From: Pavona decussata
Taxonomy: Eukaryota
Direction: 5' to 3'
Assembly (NCBI GenBank): GCA_977016875.1
Contig: CDRNST010000003.1
Location: 620,001-684,000 of the forward strand
Length of the DNA stretch: 64,000 nucleotides
The translations under genes were made by a program, and so were the position numbers. The notes under the pieces were generated by a model. The model saw only the letters and a program-made list of their open reading frames with translations. It was not told the origin of the DNA and did not search any database. Positions 10,137 through 23,800 of this stretch are shown here, in pieces. The stretch's first letter is position 1. Each line of letters begins with the position of its first letter.

Positions 10137-11175
10137 ATAATAATGAAGTAACATGACGAAACGTTTCTGATAAAATCATCTGTAACTGAAGGAAAATGCC
10201 AAATCAAGAGACGACAAGAATTGTGACGTGGAGGGAATGTCTGTGCACTTCTTCTTGAATTCACAGCGCTGTTAAATATGAATGGATTTGATTCAACCTG
10301 AACTGGGTTTCCGAGAAAAAATTACATCCTTAAAATAGAGATGATGCGATTTATAACTTGTTTTTATGTTCCTTTTGGGATAATTTCTTTTCAAAGTAGT
10401 AAAGGTGTCACAAAAAACACAAAATTCACCATGAAAATATGAAAATATAAGTCACTCACATATATCTCGCCTGAATCTCTGGCGTCCCCCTTTTTCCAGG
10501 TGCATTCCTTCCAGTTCAAGTGTGAAGACAGCCGAGGAGTTCCACTGTCACCTTTGTCCCCTAGCTGCCCTTTTTGGCCGGATGGACCCTGGATCCCAGG
10601 TTCTCCCTTTGCTCCTTTCTTTCCTTCCGCGCCAGGTGATCCCTGGGGTCCAGTCTTTCCCGGGCTGCCGATGTTTCCTTTTGCTCCATCACGTCCATCA
10701 CGGCCAGGTGCCCCAGGTGATCCCGGCATGCCATGCATACCGGGTTGTCCATTTGTGCCGGGTTGTCCACCACAACAAGGAAGGTACTGAGATGGATACA
10801 ACAATTAAATCATTTTTTTGAATTTTTTGCAATTTTCATGCGTTTTCGCGCGACTTGTTTGCAGCGCTGAATTTTCGTCTTGCTGCTAAGTTGAATTTGA
10901 GTAATTATACGATTTTCATTTCCACACTCTAGCCCATCAACTTTATCTTAGTCGCATTTTAGTAATTTTGGGAATTTTCTAGAATATATTTAATTCTACG
11001 TGTCTTTTAGGCCTTCGGTGTATATCGAACTAATAAGGAAGCTGCTATTTCAGTATAATGAACTCACCCTGTAGTCACGTGGTTTGCTAGTGTTTTTGTT
11101 GTTCGTCGCAGAGCAGAAAGTTATGAGCAGCAAAATAACAACACGTAACATGATGGTCAGCAGAAAGTGCGCCAT
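9741..11175 (-). CDS. CTHRC1: CTHRC1-like secreted collagen-repeat protein, copy 1 (intact, 263 aa)
   Basis: Exons 11175-11068 (signal peptide MAHFLLTIMLRVVILLLITFCSA), 10786-10460 (26 Gly-X-Y triplets + NWKECTW) and 10097-9741 (CEFLKKYTETALHVYFAG..CCSRWYFKFNGAECSSPGSIDG..HRHRHIEGHC..VGFWVGKC..TGW..SRIFIEEV). Both introns are phase-0 GT-AG. An upstream acceptor at 11190 implies a non-coding first exon. Confidence 0.92.
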
Positions 11176-14100
11176 TGATATCCTCTAACCTGTGAAAACT
11201 GGAAAGCAATGAAATGTCCGAATTATTGATAATGACAAGTAAAATAATCTAATATTTGTTAGCTTATAAAATAAACTAACAAGATACAAAATAGTTATTG
11301 ACATAAGATATTCACTTAAAAAAATAAATACGATTGAAATAAAATCCATTAAGTTAGTGAAGAAACATTAATTAGAAAATTCATTCCTCTTACTTCATGT
11401 ACAAGTGGTGAAACGTAATAAGATTGGATCTAGTTTCCTATATTTCTAACAAAACGATATAAAGCTACTTTATCTTGGCCCGTTAATTCGTTAATTCCCA
11501 GAAAGGAATTGTACTAAATCTCACCTGCGCTCGTAAGACCTATCGATTATTCCTACCTTACTCTTGCTCCTGTGGAAACAATATGATGCCCACTTGTCTA
11601 CAGGCAGCCAATTTATCTTTCTCTCCTCATAGTGACTCAACAACTTGCACGTTAAAACAAGTTGATTACCTAAGAAATTTAAAAATACGACGAGCATTCT
11701 TATTGGTTAGTGCATTTTGCAAGGGCATCCTGTTTATTTTAATAATGTTCAGGATAAATCTGGTTCAACTGAACAAAACTGATTACGTGGCGAGGAGACT
11801 AGGACAACTTGGAAATACAAACAAGATAGCTGTCGTCATTCAAAATATTACAGAATGTTGCTAAATCAAGTCAAATCTTCTGAGACAACTATTAAACCCA
11901 ATCTTCAAACTATAGTTTTAGTCGAAACTTCAATTAAGAGAATATAGAAAAAATAGTAAGCACAATTCCCGTTTTTTTTTATCATTAAATTTAGTAGGGA
12001 CGAGGACCAACTGGTTGATAAACTGAAATGATTCGTCAGTTATGATGATGCTTGCAGATTCATCAGTATTTTCCAAATAAATAAACTTAGTTTTAAATCA
12101 AGTTTCCTTCTCCAGTTTTCAATAAATCGCACTGAGCACTCGATTTTCACTATGATTTATGGAAGGAGAACGCCCCCAAATAATTGGTTGTTGCCAAAGT
12201 GAGCTCTTTTATCTGAGATTAAAACTTGCTTTCGAACCCTAATTTCAAGATGATTTTCTCTGTAAGGACCAAAATTAGTTAATTTTTCTTCTAGTACTGG
12301 TCATACCAGTCATTAAGAAAAACAAATCTCCATTTACCTTTAACGTAACTTTGATCCTGGGTACCTGATCCAAGTGGAAACCAAAATCTGAACAGTGGAA
12401 GAGAATGACGAGCGTCAATTAATATTGATTGATCATCAAAAGATTGAAACGCATTACCAGAAACAAAGAAGAATTCATTTTTACATCATGAACGTTACAC
12501 TTGCCAGCTAAATAGCTTCATAATAATTATACAGTATTCCTTTTCTTCCATAATTAACCAATTACTAACTTACATTTGGTCATTAAATATCAAAGAACAA
12601 CCTCTGTGTCATACGAACTGAACGCATTTTTGAAATGGTCGGTTAGTTTCGCTAAAACCTCAATTGATGATGTACGACTTTTAATATGAACGAACTTAAG
12701 TTCCGTTCCGTTCTGTATGCTGTATCTTTAAGAGATATTCAGTAAATTTCAAGCCAGAGGACGTGACCCAACCGTACTTTTCAGAAAGCATGGTTTCGTA
12801 GATATAGTTCTGTTTCTGTGGTGGGCTTCACTGCTTTACGTCAAGAAATCGACGAAAATTGTCCTTTGAATTGATTTTTTAAAACTGAGGAACTACGTGG
12901 CTAGACGAATTTTTTGAATTATCGTTAGATGAAATTTAAAAATATCATAATCAGCTTAATGCCTGGGTTCACGGTCTACAGTGAGTGAAAACCTAAAGCT
13001 CAATAAAAGAAGAAAGCAGCTTTTGTTAGGTTTGCCAGTACAATGGGATTTCCCATATATAAACGCAACCAAAATTAAGTGTACTCACGCTATGTCTTTT
13101 TGTTGCTCTGTACAGCAGAAAAAAGTCTGCTTCTCTCTCTTGTTTACTAAACTCTTGGTTCTTTTGCTAACAATGTTCTCGTCAGAACAGGTTTGAAAAA
13201 CAATTAGTTCAACAGAATGGACCGGCTATGATTTGTAACAACATACTAAGGAGAACAGCTAAAATTACGTCAATAAGTGAAACTTATTTGTTGCCATTAC
13301 TTTACTTCGCGAAAGCTCTAATATCCTCTCACTAATGTCATCAATATAATTTGCGTTCCCAGCCGATTTCATTGTCGCTCTCATTTATAAATTATGACAA
13401 TGAACTTTGCACGTCCACTCGACTCTTATGTCCTTTTGGCTTAACACACATTTTATTGCAGATTTATATTGAATTTCATAATCAAACCAGTTAAATACGT
13501 GTTGTTATATATTTTCCTCGGATTTTCAAATCGAGTCTTCCAGTCTCTGTTTTGTTCACTCTTTGTTTCTTTCAATTCTTTTTCGAGCTGCGATATTTGC
13601 ACAAAATGCATAGGATGACTTACAATTTTTTTCACCTTTTTGTGTAACATTACAATCTCAACAATAGTTCAGTCAAACTCAGACATATTGTTCAGACATA
13701 ATTCCCAATGTTAATCCAGGTAGAAATAGCCTTAATAGAGGTCAATCTTGCACTTTATATGCGACATTAAGATCAGAAGGTGATTTTTATTATGCTTAAA
13801 AGACAACATAAATCTTTGTCAACTCATCAAACCTAAGAAAATTCAATTGAGTGAAGTAAGATGTAACAGTCGCTGAATCGTGGAGATTGGAACACGCGTT
13901 TCATACCAAAGTTTTCGATTTCGCTTGGAACCCACCCATGTAAAGTTTGATTTCATCCCAGGACGCTGTGCCATTTTTTATCCTCTATATATCAGTGATT
14001 TACCCTATAAAAGATATATTTAATTACTGGAAAAATTGAGAAAGATGCATTGTTTGCAATATATTTTACAGTCGAATTACTAACCATTTTCCCATCGAGT

Positions 14101-17100
14101 TTGCCCGCATTCTGCTGATGCACACTTTGAATCACCTTCATTCAAATGAAGAACTTAGACAACCAGTGCGGTAACATCTTGAAAAGAAAAAGAAAAAGAA
14201 ATATCAATATGTAATAATAATGGCCAAAGAAAGAGGTAACATATTAAAATCCGTGTTTGTGCACGGACGGCTTATAGGGCCATTATATTTGCATACGCTC
14301 TTTCAGAGCTTTTTAGTCTCTTTTATCAAAATAATTTTTACGGGAACAGACTGGGAACATTGGGGCTGAGATTGGCGAAAATGTTACTTACTCTCATGCA
14401 GTTAAAGTCCATACCAAGACTTATTAGAACGGTGGCTTTTTTCCCCTTTTTTTCAGTCCAAATTAGCTCCAAATTTGGAAAGTAAAATTAAAAAATAAAT
14501 AAATAAATAAATAAAATAAGAGGTGGCAGTAATCCGAGTAGATGAACAAATCATTGTAGACTCCGCCGTAATGTAACATTTTAATAACTGCACTCTTTAT
14601 GAAATGTTATGCCTCCTTCAGACTTTGGGATAATTATTTTAAGGCGCCTTTCTATTCTCCTTGTGACTATCACGTTTTCAACGAAAAAATGTGCGAGAAA
14701 TCTACGAGAGATTCTGTGGATTTGCGCACAAAATATACTGATATCACTTTTCAGATACCGTCGGGGCACTCGACTCAGTATTTCATTGTTTCCAGTGTTC
14801 CCAGATCATTTTGTGCTGCTCAGATATATTTGTGTAAGCTAATACACATTGATCTCTTTTGATACTTTAGCTCGTGGAAGTTTAAGTTGCAAAACGTTTT
14901 AGGGAACAAAAGTTTAAATCCCGAATTTACGTTTGCTGTTGTTTGGTTTGCGCTGATATTTTTTTCACGTTTTTAGCAACATATTTGCTCTTTTTATAAC
15001 GAAAGAAATTACTTGTGTTAGGAATTGTTGAGCAGAAATTTTGCAGAAGTAAACTGCAGATTTACTTTAGGTCTTAATCCAAATTCAGTTCTGAGTCGAT
15101 TGAGGCCTTCCAAACAGATACCCAGCGAAATGTACCGCGTGCCCTTGTACCGTGAATTGATGATTTACGTTTTAACCGAGGACAAACACCAACGTTATAA
15201 TGCGATCAATCATGTTTTATAACCCAAAACAGCGGCAAAATTCCCAAAATCAGGCATAATTCTTCAGAATAGGGACCAGCAGATAAAGCCTCCAAGATGG
15301 GTCCGTTTACTTTTTTCATGAAAAAGAAACATATAAAGTCGACTTCATATTTTAATTCGACAGGCGTCTGACTTTGGAAAGGTTAATCTAGCGAAGTAAG
15401 ATGACGCACTTTGTCATTTTGATCTTACGGTATCTGAATCTTCTCGATTGGAACATGCATTTCAGTGCAAAGATTGCGTTTCTCCTTGAAACCACGCTTG
15501 AAGTTAGATTTATTTCGCCAACGCACAATGGGTTGCTCATTCTTTTTGTATACTTTAAACAATAGTTGAATGGAAAAAGAAGATTGATACATTGTTTACA
15601 ATATATTTTGTGCTCGAATTACTGACCATTGTAACTTCCGGCTTGATGCCCTGTTTCAACCGGTTTCCCTGGCGGTCTGTTGGTACAAATGTTGAATCAT
15701 TTTTTAAAAACCAAATCAAGAACGAAACAATGAGTGTGATGGCATCTGTTAAAGGAAAGGTGAACGAAATGTTAACATGTAATGGCTAAAGAATAATCAT
15801 GCAGATTTAGATGTCGTATATAAATTATGTTTACTCCTGTGTCGTGCGGTCGGTTTTAAGGTCGGTTTGTATTTCCTGTCGAAATGCTCAAATGGTCAAC
15901 GAAGATTTGCAATACAACTGAAAAAATAACAGTACGCTACTTAGTAGTGCACAACACAAGAACTAGCCATGATTCTATGTTGCGAAACCTCTACTGAACT
16001 CGCTTTAAGAAGAACTAAATCGATGTAAGCCAATCCGGCATGCATTTACGTAGCTTACAAATCGTTGAGTCACGAACTGAATGATTTTCAAAAACAGACA
16101 TAATTCTTAATAATTAAGACGGGTAGACAGAGCCTTCAAGATGCATTCGCCTGCACTTTTCATAAAAAATAAACGTATAAAGTATAGTAGACTAAGTTAA
16201 ATATTTTCAACTCATCTGACTGTATTTTGTAATTTTGCCCATCTGAGTATATACTTCCCTTGAACTCGCTTTAAGAAGTAATGGATCCTCTATAAGCCAA
16301 TCAATCATTTAGGTAGCTTACAAATCGCCGATTGTTGAGTCGGCTAACTGACTGACCTTAATAATATGTGAAATACAACTATAATATTTTTCAATTTAGA
16401 TCCACTCGGCTTCCGGTGGGACAACTGAATAGACGGGATCTTTGATACCGAAACTGTGAAGTGTAAAAGCGCCCGCCACAATGTACATCTGACATCATCT
16501 AACTTTAGAAGTTTTAGGAAAACAATTGGTGAAAGAGAAAAAGTGAACTTACCTCTAAATATCTTCTGAATTTTCTTTACTTATAAATCAGCGGCTAAAC
16601 ATTCCAACATTGTTGTAGAACATTTTACATATACCCTTGTTGGACCAACAAAAAAATGTTTCTCAAGCGACCATCTAAATGTTCTAACACCGTTGAACCA
16701 ATAAATGCCGTAATAATTTCGATGATAAGCTACGCTTCGAACACAGAAAATAATGATTCAGTTCAGTGATTATTTATGACGCCAGTTTCGTGTTCCCACC
16801 AGTTTGATATTCATCTCGCATCCATTGTTTTCAATTGTTCATTGCTGACATTTGAGGCAAGCGTTTTTGGTGACATTTTTCTCTTTATCCAATGAACAGC
16901 TGATTTGCGTTTCTGTATGTGTTTTCTTAAACAAACAATGTAGCACTGAATCTAGTGTTTATCATAGAATGATATTTACTTAACATAGCGAATTCTCCTT
17001 CGGCAACGACACGTAAATTAATAGTCTCACATTTACGAATGAGTTCCTGTAATCAAAACTGCCAAATAAAAATGTTTCAAAAACTCTTAGGCCCTACCAG

Positions 17101-19573
17101 TGATTTCGAAATTGTGTTGCCCTATGATTTATGAACGCAGTTGAGCATATTACTGGAAAAGCGGCGTATTTTTCGAAAGTCCATCAGAATTTGGGCCGAA
17201 TTTTAGATAAACTACAGCTGCGTGGTTTGCACACAGTCACCGTAAAGTATTTCCTTCCCGGATTTTCTTCGACCTTATCCTGGGAAAAATATGGAGGCTT
17301 CTTCTCAAGCCCTTGTGTACACAGCTAAAACAAATCGGGGCCAAACGCAGCGAGATAGACGTTTATTTTGTGGTCAGCCAGATAGCAATATTGTGTGCGC
17401 CGCTGTTTAATTCTATTATTTGACAAGCGATGAGTTTGTACAAATAAATACAAAGTTACAATAGAAAGCATACTTTTGCACGACGAAGGCACTAAAGTGA
17501 TTCTGACTTGCAAACACTACATATATTCCATACCCAGGCCTCTTCCTGCCTGACCATAATCTTAGTTATGTTTCTCGCAATATTAGAAAAAAAAAAAAAG
17601 AACAGTGCTCGTTATAAAAAGAAAAAAACGATAATAGTTTACATGGAGTATCTTGTTTTGCTAGCGTACATCCTTCCCGTGGGCCGGAGGGTCCTCTAAG
17701 ACAGCAACAATTGTACTCAGACGCATATTCACTGCTGTTGTATCGTAAAAATTAGAATCTAGTCGCCCTCGAGTGTGTTTCAAGAGAAGACGAAGACTTC
17801 TTCCACGGGCAAGGACAGTTCACTTGTCTGTGAATCAAGAGCATAAGGTGGGTACAGTAGCCCATAATTGTCAGATGGCTATTACTGAAAATAATCAGTT
17901 CCTGGATCCTCTTCTTTTTTTCCTCTTCTTATTTTATTTTAGGAATAGCCACTCGAGAATGAAGAACACTTAAGAAGGGGGAGGGGGAAGGGCATTTAAA
18001 TCGTTCCGAGGGATTTTCCCCTCACTGGAAGGGTATATAATTTTAGTGTGTTCTTGTTTACGTTCCGGCAAAATTTTTTCTTTCTCGCGAAACTGTCTTT
18101 CGGAAAAGTCTACTCCTGCGCTGCTACAGTAACACTATTTGATACAGAAACCCGTTTGAGTATGTCTACTTAACGCCGCTTCCCCTTTTTTAAAAAGGAA
18201 TATTGCATTTAAAAAATACCGTACAGAAGTGCCATAAGATTTTTTTAAGTTCTCGTTTTATAACGACTTTATTAGTTTCTGATCAGTTGTCTCCACTAGG
18301 AATAAATTCAATCCCCGAAAAACTCACAAGCATCGAAGAAATGCATCCAAAACTTAAAAAACTTCATGAAAAAAAGACTTCATGCCCCACGATATTTTCC
18401 GGATTTAATAACAAAAATCAGCTGTTTTTGAGGAAGAAACAGTGAGAAAAGCTTTGCATAGAATAACAAAACTGAAGAGGCCTGGGAACAACATCTGGGA
18501 GGGAGAAGGCATCGCTATACTCGTTGGTGTACGCATCTAATTTGAAAGATGTTTCCCCGCCCCTCCACCCATAAAAACAAAACTGTTAGCGTTTCACCGT
18601 TAGTGCAAAGAAGAGAGTAGCCTTCGTCTTCTCTCCCTCCCATCCCATCGCCTGAACATGATGGACATGCGATAGAAGTGATTTTTTTTTTTGTTGCTTT
18701 CCTTTGTAAAAACTAAGAACCGTACAAATATCATATGCACGAGCTATAATTGTAACTGTTCCTTAGCAGCCAATACTTAGACAGGGCTTAGACAGGCATT
18801 GTGTCGCGATCCAAAAATTGCAAAACAGATTTAAAAAAAAAAATCCAGCAGCCTGAAATAGATATCTGGAGTTGGGAGTTGGCGACTTATAGTTTTCTTA
18901 TTTCTAAACGCGTACGCAACAAGTGGTTTAGTTGTTAAGGTATGATTGAGAATGGACTGAGATGCAGGAGTGATGCAAGTTCATGAGGAAAAGAGATACG
19001 TCATAGAAGCCAACGCGCACGTAACTCAAACCGCAAAGCAGTCGTATGACACTCTTAATATTTTTCAAGGTAATACATTATTTTTGCTTTCCTAACAATC
19101 CGATAAACGTTGCCACTTGAGTCATCTACATGTTGTGTCTCGTGACATAGACTTTTAGTCATCAGATTTGAAAGACACCGCAAAAAACATATCTATTTTA
19201 TTCTTTAGAAGTTTTCATTTTGATTATGTTAGGATCAGGTAATAAAACATTCTTGCTCCCAGTGCAGTGAAATCTATAACTGTTGCTGTAAAGATTTAGG
19301 ATTTTAGTAATTTCTCTGAAGCTGCTCTGTATTGAAAAGAATCTGACACTGAAGTTTGGCAATACTCTTTAACAGCAAGTTAACCGGCATCAGAGGATTG
19401 CAATTGGTGTATAAAACAAATTACAGCAGCCATTTGTTAACATTCCTGGACTTTATTGCTCAACTGATACAAACAAAACTTAAAGCCTACTGCTATGATT
19501 TCCACTGAATCAGCACTGCAGTGTTCTTGTACATGATTTTACTCATTTTCTACAGTTTTGTTTAAAATATTTA

Positions 19574-20817
19574 TTAAAATGAAAAGTCCAGTTGATCACA
19601 TGTGACGTGTTTACTGCTGAGCTTTTGGCACCTCTTCGATGAAGATCCGTGACATTGAATGCCAACCAGTGTATGCGTCAGCACGCTTGTGGCCAGTGGT
19701 ACACTTTCCAACCCAGAATCCCACTCGCACCCTTCCCTTTTGAATTTTATTACAGTGACCTTCAATGTGGCGGTGACGGTAAAGACTGTGCCTCCTTCCA
19801 TGCCACATGAAGAATGCACCATCAATAGACCCAGGAGAACTGCACTCGGCGCCATTGAACTTGAAATACTAGCGGCTACAGCAGTTGTCACAGATTTGGA
19901 TCCTGAGGTTACCAGCAAAGTAGACATGGAGGGCACAGTGCCTGTGTACTTCTTCATGAATTCGCAGTGCTGTTAAAAAATGGTTTTGAATGAATAAAAA
20001 CTGGGAATTATAACTATTATTATCTGCGAGGAGAAATGACAAAGATACAAAATTAGAGATTGTGGGATTTATAATTTTTTTTGTGTTTTTATCAAGATAT
20101 TAAAGGTGTGACCATAAACACTTAATTTATCATGAAATGATCATGATGGAAAGTCACTCACATATATCTCGCCTGAATCTCTGCCATCCTCCTTTTTCCA
20201 GGTGCACTCCTTCCAGTTCATGTGTGAAGACAGCCGAGGAGTTCCACTGTCACCTTTGTCCCCTCGCTGTCCTTTTTGGCCGGCAGGACCCTGGATCCCA
20301 GGTTCTCCCTTTGCTCCTTTCTTTCCTTCCGCACCAGATGGTCCTTGGGGTCCAGTCTTTCCCGGGCTGCCCAGGGTTCCTTTGGCTCCATCACGGCCAG
20401 GTGACCCAGGAAATCCCGGGACACATGCCATGTATGTCCAAGTCCCGGATTGTCCCCCATTACAAAATGAAGGAGGCTGGTAGAATGCAGAAACAAGAAT
20501 GCTATTAGAGCCTTTTCGGAATATGATTCAAGCCGTTACAACTGTTCCTGTCCCTAAGTAATCTAACGTTCATGTCTAAGTGAATCCATTTTTTTTTTTG
20601 AAATTGAAATCCATTTAGGTTATTTACGATTCTCTTTACTGTCCGTTGGCACATGATTCAGAAATGCTTTTATTACTCTAGATTTTTTTAGGCAGCTGCT
20701 ATTTTAGCTTGATAAACTCACCTTGTCACGTGATTTACTGTTTCTGTTGTCCTTTGCAGAGCACAAGGTGACGAGTAACATGATAGTCAGTAGATAGATT
20801 ATACGAGATCGGGCCAT
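19574..20817 (-). pseudogene. CTHRC1: CTHRC1-like copy 2, frameshifted in last exon
   Basis: Exons 20817-20722, 20476-20162 and 19969-19611 (359 nt vs 357 in the other copies). A 2-nt insertion lies at ~19934-19937, and TGG>TAG in the native frame at 19869-19871. The shifted frame stays open to 19574. Confidence 0.85.
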
Positions 20818-23800
20818 CGATATTCTCTGAGCTGTAAAAACTGTAAAAAGAATAGTAACAAAATTTATATTTATTATGGTCAACCTAAGTTCAACTTGAA
20901 TAACTATCGCATTTCATGAGATGAACTGAATTGCTTCTAAATAGTCTCGTTGGTTAAATTCATAGATGTTAATTAATGTAAGCCCTATTCATCTTCATAA
21001 CTGATATTTAGCGATCAAGCGCCTACCTTAATCCTGCGATGGTGGAAGCAAATGATACTCTCTACAAAACGGTTGACCGTTTTACCTCTGCCCTGGTGGT
21101 TGACATTTTCACGTTAAAACAAGTTTACGAGTTTATTACGGATCAGATGTAAAAATACGTCGCTCGTTCTTATTGGTTAGAGAATTTACAATGTTCCAAT
21201 CATATGACTTTTAACAGTTCAAGTCTGTTGGGTTTATTTAAATAATGGTCGGGTTAAAACTAGTTTTAATGCTATGATTACGTAGTAAGCCAGAATAGGA
21301 CGAACAAAGTTTCACAAGTTCGTGAACGTATTTGAATGTAAATTATTGAACTTTAATTATTAATTATTGTGCTAGTGGCTTCCAAATCCGTATCAGGATC
21401 CCTATCTCTAAGTTTGTAGTTTAAACAAAGGAATTCTCTCTTTTCAAGTTCTAGAGTGAGGAAATGAAAAAATGACCCAATAATGCTTCATTCGTGACAT
21501 TTAAGCAAGACGTACATTACTTAATAAGTAAATGGTCAATTAATCATCGTGCATGGAAAAAGTTACAAGAACGCAGTAGTTTATAATTTGAAATGATCAG
21601 CAATTGTGAGACCGAATAAGTGTATCGGAAATTAACAAAACGTTCGTGTATCATTAAATTTTATTCACTCACCTTTGAAGTTATGTGCCTCAGAAGCTGG
21701 GCGGAAACAAAAATCTTAAAAATGAAAGAGAAAATTAGGTTCACTTCTTTGCAAGAAGCACGATAAAATGCAAAAAAGGACAACATTGCTTCTTCTCACA
21801 ATTTCAGCCCTACACTGTCCAAAAGCGAAACACTGCGTACACTGGCATCCCTCAGTTTGGCTTAGCGACGCTCCCCTCATCTCTAATGAAATCAAATTCA
21901 AACTCCATACAGCTTGAGTTAATGGTATATTAGTTAATGGGTCATTGCGTTCTGTACAAAGTACCGGATTTCTCGATCATCTTTCAACAGAAGGGAAGAA
22001 AAGATGATATCACTCTGTTTTCCAATCCAAAACCTACAATGGATTTTTTCTGTAAAGGCTCGATAGGGATTTATACACACACGCATCAAAGCAGACCGTG
22101 TGTCATATGGTCTTCAATGCTTTATCTACAGGCAGAAAATTTCACGAGGATATATTTCTCAAATTGTCGAAGCTCACATAATCACCATACTCAAAGTTCA
22201 TATTTGGAAATACTGCATTTCGCACATGTAAATAACTTACCTTTGAGCTGTGACTAAAGCTTGCTTTGTCTACCGTGAACGAGAGACCAAAACCTAAATA
22301 TTAGAAAATAGATTAATTGCTATGTTTACCCATAAAATGATCAAAGAATAAAAAAGCAAACGGTATACTCACACCACCAATGTTGCCGTTTCTCTTCGCA
22401 GCTAACAAAGATACTTCTTCCTCTTGTTATCCTAACTTTCGTCTCCTCTGCTTTTCAAATTTCTCGTCAGAACAAGTTTCTTGAACAATATACATATTGA
22501 TTATCTTTTTTCTAACTAACAATGCTATTTGCTAGAGTCAATTTGGTCCAACGCCGATTCGTCCAATCAAACGACTCGTTTTATTTGGTTATCTTATCTC
22601 TGCTTCACACAATCGTCATGAATTTTGTAAAAGCTTTTCTTTTCTCCCTCCACCAAAAATTCCTTATCCTTCCGAGCATTACTAGTAACTGGAAAATAAA
22701 AATAAAATGTCCGTTGCCGTCCGTCGTTACCGATTTTTGGTGCCCTAATTTTGTCAAATCTCACAAGCTTTGATATGTGAACTACAATAAGCTGCATGAG
22801 ATGACAAGATGTACATGTGTTTGTCTTAAGCCTATGAACAATCCATTTTTTTCAATTCAGGTTGTTTCTGGTAGATATCCAACAGAGTTAAAGTTACTGT
22901 AAATACTGTATAGTAGAAATCTCGCGAAGAAGAGAAGTTTGATCCTGGACCTAGAAACGTGTTAAGAAAATCAAACCGATTTGAATTTTTACATTACTAA
23001 AAAGGCATTTTTACCTCAGTTGAAGAATACCGCAGCATTTGACTTGTGTGTTCGAACGTTGACAAAAGGCTACAACCTACCTAGACAAAAGAGACAAACT
23101 GCTCAGGCCAATTATTCACACGAACCGATTAATCGGGCCGATTTGGCCCAATTTGACAAAGAAAATTAGCGAACAGTCAAATTTGTTTTAATACGAAAGG
23201 GTAAAGAAATCGGTCGACAAATTGTAACGTGTAAATTAACCCATGCGGCGAATAAAGGTGCTAAGCTGATCGATAAATCGATTTGTGTAAATCAGTCTTT
23301 TTCAATTTATAGCACAACTAGAACAGAAAAGGCATCATTCTGAATTATTTGGAGATCGGAAAGCTTCAATCTATCCCCTTCCGTCGATGGTTTCTTTTAG
23401 AAAGAATGTTCGGAGCAGAACAAGAACGATTCGTTTTTTGGAATATTAGCGGTCGAAAAGTTTTTCGCCGGCGACGAGTAATTCAGTGTGAGTATGAAAA
23501 AAAGAAATTGAATATCTGGATTATGGAGTATTTTATGATTATTAAATTAAGTAGTTACTTATATAGTTTACGTTATTTTACATAAATTAAAAAAATAAAA
23601 GTTTAATTTCACGTGTCGCATTAATCTCAACAACTCGATGCTTTCATGCTTTGCTAAGTCTGGGTTTGTACACAGCAAAACACTCGACTGCATAATGAAG
23701 TGTTTTAGAAAACAGTATTTATATTACTACAAAGTGCACTGTGATCGACTTCTAATCCCCTTTTTACTTGAGGCAAATTAAACTTCAGATCTTCCAAAAA

